This document shows, piece after piece, positions 48,968 to 56,046 of a stretch of DNA of 64,000 nucleotides. Made by a program: the position numbers and the translations under genes. The stretch is taken from positions 5,802-69,801 of the forward strand of contig CAIMWE010000041.1 of NCBI GenBank assembly GCA_903845115.1. The letters are read 5' to 3'. The notes under the pieces were generated by a model. It worked only from the letters and a program-made list of their open reading frames with translations. It was not told the DNA's origin and did no database searches. Numbering within the stretch: position 1 is the stretch's first letter; every line of letters begins with the position of its first letter. This DNA comes from an uncultured Acidobacteriota bacterium. Its GTDB lineage: Bacteria; Acidobacteriota; Thermoanaerobaculia; UBA5066.

Positions 48968-49038
48968 GCGAACCGGCCGGTCCTTCCGTCGTACCATGGG
49001 GTCCACCGAACCTGGACACGGCGGAAGGAGATCGGCCC

Positions 49039-49431
49039 ATGTCTCGAGACGTTCCCCCGCTCCCCGGCCCCGGTGTTTCTCCTCCTCCGCCTCCCCCGCT
49101 GCCCGGCCCGCCGCCGGCCCCCCCGGCGATTCGGAACACGCCGATGCTCGTTCTCTCCTACCTGGGGCTCCTGGCGCTGATCCCCCTCATCGTCGTGAAG
49201 GACGACCGCGAGGTCCAGTGGCACGCCAAGCACGGGCTCGTCCTGACGATCGCGTTCGTCGCCCTGTCGTTCGGCGCGAGCGTCATGACCTTTCTCGCCG
49301 GGTTCTTCTTCTTCCTCAACCCGCTGGTCTACCTGAGCTGGCTCGCCGTCTCGGTCGTCGCGATGGTGAAGGCGGTGAACGGTCAGCGATTCCGCATCCC
49401 GGGAATCTCGGAGTACGCGGACCGATTCTAG
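49039..49431 (+). CDS. DUF4870-like small membrane protein with a proline-rich N-terminus
   Basis: PPLPGPGVSPPPPPPLPGPPPAPPA followed by YLGLLALIPLIVVKDDREVQWHAKHGLVLTIAF... with 2-3 TM segments. It is the terminal part of ORF 47626..49431. Confidence 0.58.
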   Translation: MSRDVPPLPGPGVSPPPPPPLPGPPPAPPAIRNTPMLVLSYLGLLALIPLIVVKDDREVQWHAKHGLVLTIAFVALSFGASVMTFLAGFFFFLNPLVYLSWLAVSVVAMVKAVNGQRFRIPGISEYADRF

Positions 49432-49515
49432 ACTCGAGGGGTGAGCGTAAGCCCCCCTGCCCGGCCTCGGGGGGGGTCTCGTCGTGGGCCAGGGGGGAGG
49501 TGCTAGCATTTCTCC

Positions 49516-49752
49516 ATGTCGTTGGGCAGGGTGATCCACGCGCTGATCCGACGGGGAGATCGGGCCTGGGTGGCGGAGTGTCACGAGATCGCCGTTGTCA
49601 CCCAGGGTGAGACGCTGGACGAGACGGTCCGGAACCTCCAGGAGGCTGTGACCCTGCATCTCGACGGCGAGGAGCCCGGCGCCTTCGGTCTCGTCCCCGA
49701 TCCCCTCCTCTCGGTCACGCTCGAGGTCGAAGCGGCGGTCGATGCCGCATAG
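49516..49752 (+). CDS. hicB: HicB-family antitoxin (UPF0150-like)
   Basis: 78 aa: ...WVAECHEIAVVTQGETLDETVRNLQEAVTLHL... It overlaps the downstream hicA by 11 nt. Confidence 0.7.
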   Translation: MSLGRVIHALIRRGDRAWVAECHEIAVVTQGETLDETVRNLQEAVTLHLDGEEPGAFGLVPDPLLSVTLEVEAAVDAA

Positions 49753-49987
49753 GCTCCGGCAGCTCTCGGGGGCGGACGTCCTGCACATCCTCGGACGATT
49801 CGGCTTCGAGGAAGTCGGTCGCCGGGGAAGCCACGTGAAACTCCGCCGAGTATTCGCCGGCGGACGGGAGACGCTCACGGTCCCCTTTCACCGCGACCTC
49901 GATGCCGGAACCGTCCACGCGATCTTCCGCCAGGCCTGCCGTCACGTCGGCGAAGCCGACCTCCGGCCCTACTTCTTCTCCGACTAG
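49742..49987 (+). CDS. hicA: HicA-family mRNA interferase toxin
   Basis: 81 aa: L...GF......GSHVKLRR.......TVPFHRDLDAGTVHAIFRQA, the HicA/YcfA signature. Confidence 0.75.
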   Translation: MPHRLRQLSGADVLHILGRFGFEEVGRRGSHVKLRRVFAGGRETLTVPFHRDLDAGTVHAIFRQACRHVGEADLRPYFFSD

Positions 49988-50183
49988 GCGCCGCGGCTCC
50001 GCGGCATCGACGTCGCGCTCGAGCGGCTCGCGCCGGATGAGCCCCGAGCGGATCGACCTCGGCGCCTTCGTCAGGGAGCTGGTCGGGCCGGGAGAGACGT
50101 CGTGGAATCACCGAGGGCTTCCCGAGGGCGTGCGGCCGGGCGCCGGCAGGGGGTGATCGTGACAGATTCTGCGCGTTGAACTT

Positions 50184-50405
50184 TCACCGTCGCGTCCGGA
50201 TGATCCGCCGGACAAGCGGATCCATGCAGGCGAAGTCGTAGCGCTCGCGCCAGAGCGTCAGGAGGGTTCCCCACGCCTCCACCCATCGGGTCTCGATCTC
50301 CTCGTTGCTCATCTCGTCCTGGAACGGCCGCCGTGTGCCGAGCGGAGGAAGCCACCCGCCGTCGCCGGGAGCGTCCTGACGGGTCGCGACGAAGAAAGCC
50401 GCCAC
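50184..50405 (-). CDS. hypothetical ORF with no recognisable family
   Basis: The reading frame is open from about 50470 (...HPCLHCGRPWLETKHVTGYHGISAVAAFFV...WVEAWGTLLTLWRERYDFACMDPLVRRIIRTRR). There is no clear start codon and it may be a gene remnant. Confidence 0.2.
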   Translation of the reverse strand: MAAFFVATRQDAPGDGGWLPPLGTRRPFQDEMSNEEIETRWVEAWGTLLTLWRERYDFACMDPLVRRIIRTRR

Positions 50406-50565
50406 GGCGGAGATGCCGTGATAGCCCGTGACGTGCTTCGTCTCGAGCCAGGGACGCCCGCAGTGGAGGCACGGATGAGACAGATCCTTCGACCCAGACC
50501 GTGATGATGAAGGGGCGACGGCACGTCGACGAGAAGACGGTCCTCTACGCGAAGTCGGGGCGCCT

Positions 50566-50880
50566 TCAGTTCAGGCTCTGGTCCACCTGGCGAGGCGGGC
50601 TGCGCCGCAGGCTCCCGGGCGTCACGCCGAACTGGCGGCGGAAGGCGGAGATGAAATGGTTGACGTGGGAGTAGCCGAGGCGGAGGGCGAGATGCCGCAG
50701 GATCGCGTAGAAGATTCTCGTCTTCGCGTAGAAAAGGGGAGAAGCGCCCGCAGCGGCGCGGGGGTACCGCCCGATCCGTGGTCGAGTCGGATGGACAGTC
50801 ACCTCGCGGTCATTGACGCCAATGCCGAGGCGCTCAATCAGGAAGCCGAGGATGCCCTTTCCTTCCAGGTCGTCCGTTGA
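50566..50880 (-). pseudogene. remnant of an AraC-family regulator (C-terminal HTH only)
   Basis: ...GASPLFYAKTRIFYAILRHLALRLGYSHVNHFISAFRRQFGVTPGSLRR matches the second HTH and C-terminus of AraC/XylS proteins. No N-terminal sensor domain is present upstream in this frame. Confidence 0.4.
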
Positions 50881-51073
50881 GGCGCGGTGAGCTTTACAGG
50901 GTCAAGCACCCGTCCTCACTCGACCCACAGAGGCAACGGGTCTTCGTCGTGGTCAGCCGTCAAGCTCTGATCGCCCTTTCCTTCTCGACCGTGGTGTGCG
51001 CCCCCGTCTACTCCCGGACTTCGGGATCGGCGCGCGGCTGAACGTGCGCGCCGCCGCGGCGGAAGGGTTGACT

Positions 51074-51103
51074 ATCCTGATCAGGAGAGGCATCCTGACC
51101 AGG
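51074..51103. promoter_or_regulatory. tandem palindromic sites TCCTGATCAGGA (perfect 12-bp palindrome, 51074..51085) and TCCTGACCAGGA (51092..51103), ending 3 nt before the ATG of the 51106 gene
   Basis: Read directly; the two sites are 18 bp apart centre to centre. A role as operator for the downstream wHTH protein is inferred. Confidence 0.4.
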
Positions 51104-51105
51104 AA

Positions 51106-52260
51106 ATGGCCCTCTCCCGGAGCCTCCGGACGGAGACCTCGAGCCCTCTCCTCCGGCGCCTGCGCGACGCGATGGAAGACGCGGGATGGTCCACCCGGCT
51201 GCCCCGGGAACGACACCCGTGGATGCTCGCCGCCTCGAAGGGATCCGCAAGGTACTCCGTCATCCTCAAGGAGGTCCGGGTACCCAGGCGATCGTCGCTT
51301 CAGGGGCTTCTCGCCGACGCCGTCCTGCGGGGGCGCGCGGCCGGCGGACCCCGAGGCGGGTTCCTGGTCGTCGTCGGAGCACCGCTCATCTCGAAGTCCA
51401 TGGCCGATTCGATCGAGGCGTACGCCAGCGAGGTCGTGCCCGGCCAGCCGTTCGGATACGTGGACGGGAGAGGGCTCGTGCGCCTTTTCGGTCCGGGGCT
51501 CGAGGAGGTACGCAACGAGCCGTCCCTCAGCTCCGGATCGCGGCCCGTCGCCGGGCAGCCTCGCGACCTCTTCTCGGACCTCAACCAGTGGATGCTCAAG
51601 GTTGTCTTCGGTGGGAAGCTGCCGGCCGGGATGATCGGCGTGCCGCGGGATGCGGCACGGTCGGCAGCGACCCTCGCGGAGGGGGCGGGAGTGTCGAGCC
51701 CGGCAGCGTGGCGGCTGTTCGCATCGCTCAAGGCGGGGGGGTACCTGGACGATGCCGGGCAGGCCGTGCGAGCCCATGATCTCTTCGTTCGATGGCGGGC
51801 CGCCTCCCTCCGGCCGCAGCGGCAGGTTGGCGCGAGATGGATCCTGCCGGGGCGCGATCCGCTGGAGACGCTCCGCGCCCGCCTCGCCGCGCTTTGCCGA
51901 AGCGAGAAAATGCCGTCGGTCTGCGTCGGCCTCTTTGCTGCGTGCGATGCCCTCGGCGTGGGACACGTTCGCGGTGCGCCCGTTCATCTCTACGTCCGCC
52001 GGGTCGACGAGCCGCAGCTCGAGGCTCTCGGATTGGCGCTCGCAGCGCGCGGCCAGGAGGGCGACGTGCTGGTACGGGTCGCGAGGTGGCCGGAGTCGGT
52101 CTTCCGCGGCGCAGTGAGCGTCGGCGGAGTCCCGGTGGCCGACGTCATCCAGTGCTGGCTCGACGTCTCGGCGGAGCCGGCGCGCGGCGCCGAGCAGGCT
52201 GCCTTCATCTGGCAGCGCGTGCTCGGGCCGGCCATCGCAGGAGGGGGCCGGGAACCGTGA
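51106..52260 (+). CDS. uncharacterised 384-aa protein with an internal winged-HTH-like segment (possible AbiEi-like antitoxin or regulator)
   Basis: ATG start directly after the tandem palindromes. Its composition is protein-like, unlike the Arg/Pro/Gly-rich antisense ORF 50953..51987. The segment ATLAEGAGVSSPAAWRLFASLKAGGYLDD looks like helix-turn-helix plus wing. Its stop overlaps the next ORF's GTG (GTGA). I do not recognise the N- or C-terminal domains. Confidence 0.5.
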   Translation: MALSRSLRTETSSPLLRRLRDAMEDAGWSTRLPRERHPWMLAASKGSARYSVILKEVRVPRRSSLQGLLADAVLRGRAAGGPRGGFLVVVGAPLISKSMADSIEAYASEVVPGQPFGYVDGRGLVRLFGPGLEEVRNEPSLSSGSRPVAGQPRDLFSDLNQWMLKVVFGGKLPAGMIGVPRDAARSAATLAEGAGVSSPAAWRLFASLKAGGYLDDAGQAVRAHDLFVRWRAASLRPQRQVGARWILPGRDPLETLRARLAALCRSEKMPSVCVGLFAACDALGVGHVRGAPVHLYVRRVDEPQLEALGLALAARGQEGDVLVRVARWPESVFRGAVSVGGVPVADVIQCWLDVSAEPARGAEQAAFIWQRVLGPAIAGGGREP

Positions 52261-52736
52261 GCGACCTGCGCAGGGATGCCGAGGCGTTCTCGCGGACGGT
52301 CGAAGCGCTGGGGCCGTACCTCCCGGAGCTCGTGTGCATCGGCGGGTGGGCTCATCTTCTCTTCACCCTGAGGCCTGAAGCGACGGCGCTCCCGTTCATC
52401 CTGCTCGGCACGCTCGACGTCGACGTGGCGGCACCCCTCCGCCTCGCTCCCAGGGAGCCATCCATCGCCCAGCTGCACGACAGCGCGACATGGTTCGCGA
52501 GGCCGCGCGGATCGCGGCGGATCGTCCCCGACCGCCCACACCCGAGGTCCTGCTGGCCGGGCTGCGCTCGGGCCTTGCCGGCGCCTTCGACACCCGACCG
52601 GCGGAGGACGACCGAAAAGCCGAGTAGCTGGCCCACGGCCGAGGCGCGACACGAAGACGAACGTCACGATGTCCTTCCCGAGAAGTTCGGCACCGTGACG
52701 GATCAGAAGGGGGGTTCCGCCGCGTCGCGAACCTGA
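52257..52736 (+). CDS. putative nucleotidyltransferase-fold protein (AbiEii-like), probably truncated or decayed
   Basis: The GTG overlaps the upstream stop. N-terminal LPELVCIGGWAHLLF...TLDVDVA resembles the hG[GS]...DhDh minimal nucleotidyltransferase motif. After about 70 aa the frame becomes Arg/Pro-rich low complexity, so a frameshift or decay is likely. Confidence 0.3.
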   Translation: MSDLRRDAEAFSRTVEALGPYLPELVCIGGWAHLLFTLRPEATALPFILLGTLDVDVAAPLRLAPREPSIAQLHDSATWFARPRGSRRIVPDRPHPRSCWPGCARALPAPSTPDRRRTTEKPSSWPTAEARHEDERHDVLPEKFGTVTDQKGGSAASRT

Positions 52737-52773
52737 AGGTCTCGAAGGTCGACCGCGAGATCGCCTTGGCGCG

Positions 52774-53160
52774 CTACCAGATTCGGCTCACGCCGTAGCC
52801 GTCGAATACCTCGTCAACGCTCAAGAGCGGAATCCCCTCGAGCAGAGACTGTGCGATCAAGACCCGGTCGAACGGGTCCCCGTGGAAGTGAGGCAGGCTC
52901 CCGGCCCTCTGGGCATGGATCACGGTGATGTCGAGCGGAAGAAACCCTTGGCCATGGATGCAGCCGAGAACGTCCGCCGCCACGTCGAGCGCTCCGGGAA
53001 GCTTCCCGGCCGCTGCCTTGATCGAGATCTCCCAGGCGGAGGCCGCGCTCACGAGGACTTCCGTCCGCTCGTCGGAGATCACGGTACGGGCCCTCGCGGA
53101 GAGTCGCTTGTCACCGTCCAACCACCAGAGAAGCGCGTGCGTGTCCAGCAGGACCCGCAC
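52774..53160 (-). CDS. vapC: PIN-domain toxin VapC
   Basis: MRVLLDTHALLWWL... with conserved acidic residues of the PIN fold; 128 aa, immediately downstream of the antitoxin gene. Confidence 0.8.
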   Translation of the reverse strand: MRVLLDTHALLWWLDGDKRLSARARTVISDERTEVLVSAASAWEISIKAAAGKLPGALDVAADVLGCIHGQGFLPLDITVIHAQRAGSLPHFHGDPFDRVLIAQSLLEGIPLLSVDEVFDGYGVSRIW

Positions 53161-53161
53161 G

Positions 53162-53398
53162 TTACTTCTCGCCCCAGGCCTTCAGCTCCGCGTCGGAAAG
53201 GGGCTCGAAGAAGGCGTCCGTCACCCGGGCCCGCCCGCGCATCGATCCGAACCGGCGCTTCGGCGCCCGGGTCTCGACAGGAATGAGGCGGACGACGGGC
53301 GTCTTCCCGCGGGCGATGACGACATCCTCGCCCGCGCAGGCCGCTTCGATGAGGCGGGAGAGGTTCGTCTTGGCGGCGTGGATCGTTACGGGCTTCAT
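53162..53398 (-). CDS. vapB: Phd/YefM-family antitoxin (VapB)
   Basis: 78 aa: MKPVTIHAAKTNLSRLIEAACAGEDVVIARGKTPVVRLIPV, the prevent-host-death family N-terminus. Confidence 0.75.
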   Translation of the reverse strand: MKPVTIHAAKTNLSRLIEAACAGEDVVIARGKTPVVRLIPVETRAPKRRFGSMRGRARVTDAFFEPLSDAELKAWGEK

Positions 53399-53408
53399 GA
53401 CGTTCCCC

Positions 53409-53429
53409 TTAGCTAGGCATTCTAGCTAA
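53409..53429. promoter_or_regulatory. inverted repeat TTAGCTAG-gcatt-CTAGCTAA, 11-31 nt upstream of the vapB start; candidate antitoxin operator
   Basis: Read directly: perfect 8-bp arms with a 5-nt spacer. Function inferred from the usual architecture of type II TA operators. Confidence 0.45.
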
Positions 53430-53580
53430 TCGCCGCGGACCGGCGCTCCGACCGAGGGGATGGGCCAGGCTCGGGTGTTGGCGCCTCCCGGCCGAGGGCG
53501 CCCCCTGCGGCGCCCTGGTTCCCTGGGAGTCCCTGCCCCGGCTGCGGCTCACCGACGTCGAATACCGTCCCGCAAGAGTG

Positions 53581-54058
53581 GGGGTCAGGTCTCAACACTG
53601 TGATATTACTGTCGAGTGAGCTGACCCCTCAGGACTGAGGAGCCGGGCGCCATCTGGCACATCACTGCCCCGCGGGAACGAGCGCCAATCGATCTTCGTG
53701 GAGGACGAGGACGAGGACAGGGGACGGCTTCTCGCGCTGCTGGGGAAGGTGGCGGAGGACTTCAACTGGCGCTGCTACGCGTTCGTCTTGATGGGCAACC
53801 ACTACCACCTCAGGGCGGAGACGCCGGAGACCACACTCTCCCGCGGAATGCGTCAGCTGAACGCCGTCTGTACGCTGGGGTTCAACAGGAGGCACGGCAG
53901 GGTGGGGTATCTCTTCCAAGCGGCTGCACCGGGAGTTCGTGGTCGCCGAGACGGCGAGACGCTTCAGCGAGAGGATCGTGTTTTCGCCCGGAAAGCCGAG
54001 GCGGTCCGCAAGCGCCTCCGCTCGAGCCCTTCGAAAATCACAGAGTAGAGACCTGACC
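53581..54058 (+). mobile_element. decayed IS200-like / REP-associated tyrosine (Y1) transposase element bounded by inverted REP-like sequences
   Basis: GGGGTCAGGTCTC at 53581 and its reverse complement GAGACCTGACCCC at about 54046 bracket the transposase remnant. The left end also forms an internal hairpin (GGGGTCAG...CTGACCCC). Confidence 0.5.
53620..54048 (+). pseudogene. IS200-like Y1 transposase (RAYT) pseudogene
   Basis: Core motifs RGNERQSIFVEDEDEDRGRLLALL, CYAFVLMGNHYHL (the HxH motif) and RRHGRVGYLFQ are present. The N-terminal PGAIWHIT lies in a different frame just upstream with a stop before it (frameshift), there is no start codon, and the C-terminal part after YLFQ does not match the family. 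Confidence 0.55.
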
Positions 54059-54137
54059 CCCTCGAGGGAAGACCGGGCTCGTCCTGATGGTACGAGCCAT
54101 TCGGAAGGAACCCATGTGCCCATCTCGAGACGGGGAT

Positions 54138-54190
54138 GCTCGACGGCACGGCCCCCGACTTCGGCGCGGCGGCGCACGGCCGGGCGGAGG
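54138..54190. repeat. 53-bp direct repeat, copy A (GCTCGACGGCACGGCCCCCGACTTCGGCGCGGCGGCGCACGGCCGGGCGGAGGA)
   Basis: Near-identical copy at 55195..55248, with about 3 mismatches. The two copies bracket the Uma2 endonuclease gene. Confidence 0.6.
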
Positions 54191-54356
54191 AGCCGAGGGG
54201 GACGGCCGGACGAGCCTGACTCTCGGCGTTCGTCGACGACCGCGTCACCGGTAAGACCGGGCGCGGGTCAGTTCCCCACCGGCACTACTCAGGTCCCGCG
54301 CGACGGCTCTCCCCGCGATTCAAGATCATAGATAGACCCCGAACCGTGGGGGGATA

Positions 54357-54953
54357 ATGATCCCGGAGGATCGGATGTCAACCGCCCCGAAGGATCGGAT
54401 GACCGAGGACGAGTACCTCGAGCGCGAGCGCGCCTCGGATCGCAAGAGCGAGTTCCTCGACGGGGAAATGTTCGCGCTCGCGGGTGCGAGCCCAACGCAC
54501 GCGCTAATCACCTCGAACGTCGGCGCGGCCTTCCACCAGCGGCTTCGGGAGAGACCCTGCCGCGTCTTCTCACCCGACCTGCGCCTGCGCGTCTCGCCGT
54601 CCGGTCTGTTCTGCTACCCGGACGTCGTGGTGGTCTGCGGCGAGCTCCAGTTCTCTGACGCGGAGAAGGACACGGTCACGAACCCGCTTCTGGTGGTCGA
54701 GGTCCTTTCGCCGTCCACCGAAGGCTGGGACAGGGGAGGGAAGTTCGCGCGCTACCGGATGCTCGAGTCGCTCCGCGAGGTTGTTTTCGTTTCCCAGGGC
54801 CGCGTCCTCGTCGAGCAGTTCACGAGGCAGGACGACGGGCGGTGGATCCTCACCGAGGCGACCCGGCTCGACGAGGTCCTGGCGGTCGAGTCGGTCGCCT
54901 GCGACCTCCCCGTCTCCGAGGTGTACGAGAAGGTCGACCTCGGCGGGTCCTGA
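54357..54953 (+). CDS. Uma2-family (DUF820) putative restriction-endonuclease-like protein
   Basis: MTEDEYLERERASDRKSEFLDGEMFALAGASPTHALI...LRVSPSGLFCYPDVVVVCGE...NPLLVVEVLSPST... is the typical Uma2 layout with a PD-(D/E)xK-like core; 198 aa. Confidence 0.75.
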   Translation: MIPEDRMSTAPKDRMTEDEYLERERASDRKSEFLDGEMFALAGASPTHALITSNVGAAFHQRLRERPCRVFSPDLRLRVSPSGLFCYPDVVVVCGELQFSDAEKDTVTNPLLVVEVLSPSTEGWDRGGKFARYRMLESLREVVFVSQGRVLVEQFTRQDDGRWILTEATRLDEVLAVESVACDLPVSEVYEKVDLGGS

Positions 54954-55194
54954 CGCTGAAACCGCGGGCACGCGCGGGGCACCTCGATCGCGAGCGGATT
55001 CGGTACGCTCCGCCCGCCTCGCAACTATCCGGGCGCGTCCTGGGCGAGGCAGATCCAGGGCCGGTCCGCGGGCTGACCTAGCGCCCGGTGGACAGGTTCC
55101 TGATGCCGGGTTCCCAGTCCCCGCCCCCGTGCTCGGCCGGCCGGTGGATGGGAACGACGAGGCGGAGACCCGGCCCTGCCACTTCTGATATCAC

Positions 55195-55248
55195 GCTCGA
55201 CGGCACGACCCCCGACTTCTGCGCTGCGGCGCACGGCCGGGCGGAGGA
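55195..55248. repeat. 53-bp direct repeat, copy B
   Basis: See copy A at 54138..54190. Confidence 0.6.
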
Positions 55249-55395
55249 ACTCCGGTCCTCGAGGAGATCGAGCTGGAGCTTCCCGCCCTCTGGATCCCGA
55301 AGGGGTGGAGCCGCTCCCGGCGCGTCCGAAAGAGAAAAGAAAGAGCCGGGGGTGGTCGCCCACCCCCGGCTCCTCGGTGCGCTAGAGGGCCGGGG

Positions 55396-55485
<90 letters not shown>

Positions 55486-55554
55486 AGGGCAAAGAACGGA
55501 CGGGGATCATACCTTTCCGGATCGAGGAATCAAGACGCCGGGGTCCTGGAAGGA

Positions 55555-55908
55555 TTATTTCCCGACGGGGGCCGGCGCCGCCGGGGCCCCGGGAGCCGGG
55601 ATCGCCGGCGCGGCGGGGCGAGGCGCGGCCGGAGCCGACGCCGCCTTCGGCGCGCTTCCCATGACGGTCTTCTTGGCGTTCCGGCTCTCGATCAGCGAGA
55701 TTGTCACCGCGAGGAGGGAGAAACCGACGAACGACCAGGTCGTGATCCGCTCCAGGACGGTCGTGGTGCCGCGGGCGCCGAAGGTCGTCTGCGACGAGGC
55801 GGCGCCGAAGGCGCTGGCGACGTCCGCACCCTTCCCCTGCTGGAGGAGGACCACCAGGATCAGGAAGACGCAGACGATGACGTAGATCGGAATCAGGACG
55901 TAAAGCAT
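55555..55908 (-). CDS. secG: preprotein translocase subunit SecG
   Basis: MLYVLIPIYVIVCVFLILVVLLQQGKGADVASAFG...TTVLERITTWSFVGFSLLAVTISL is the SecG signature. Start trimmed to the internal ATG at 55908. The C-terminal Ala/Pro-rich tail is unusual but in frame. Confidence 0.85.
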   Translation of the reverse strand: MLYVLIPIYVIVCVFLILVVLLQQGKGADVASAFGAASSQTTFGARGTTTVLERITTWSFVGFSLLAVTISLIESRNAKKTVMGSAPKAASAPAAPRPAAPAIPAPGAPAAPAPVGK

Positions 55909-55994
55909 GGGCTCGCTCCCCCCTTCCGCGGAAGGGCCACGCAGAATAGCCGAATTCACTCCGAGGCGCCACCGGGGCGGCGCAAGGGCAAATC

Positions 55995-56018
55995 GGCCGG
56001 CTCCCGGTGGAGCCGGCC
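55995..56018 (-). terminator. candidate intrinsic terminator downstream of tpiA
   Basis: Perfect 10-bp stem GGCCGGCTCC/GGAGCCGGCC with a 4-nt loop, read directly. On the minus-strand transcript it is followed by GAUUUGCCCUU, only a weak U-tract. Confidence 0.4.
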
Positions 56019-56046
56019 GCCGTCTCGAACCCGGCGGCGCCTACCG

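Noticed and set aside
49440-49500. C6-N11-G8 hairpin after the DUF4870 gene as a terminator
   Set aside because: A plausible GC-only stem, but it is followed by TCTCGTCG rather than a U-tract. Left uncalled.
50953-51987. 344-aa minus-strand ORF antisense to the 51106..52260 gene
   Set aside because: It has low-complexity Arg/Pro/Gly-rich translation and no start context. The plus-strand ORF has an ATG directly after tandem palindromic sites, a wHTH-like segment and GTGA coupling to the next ORF.
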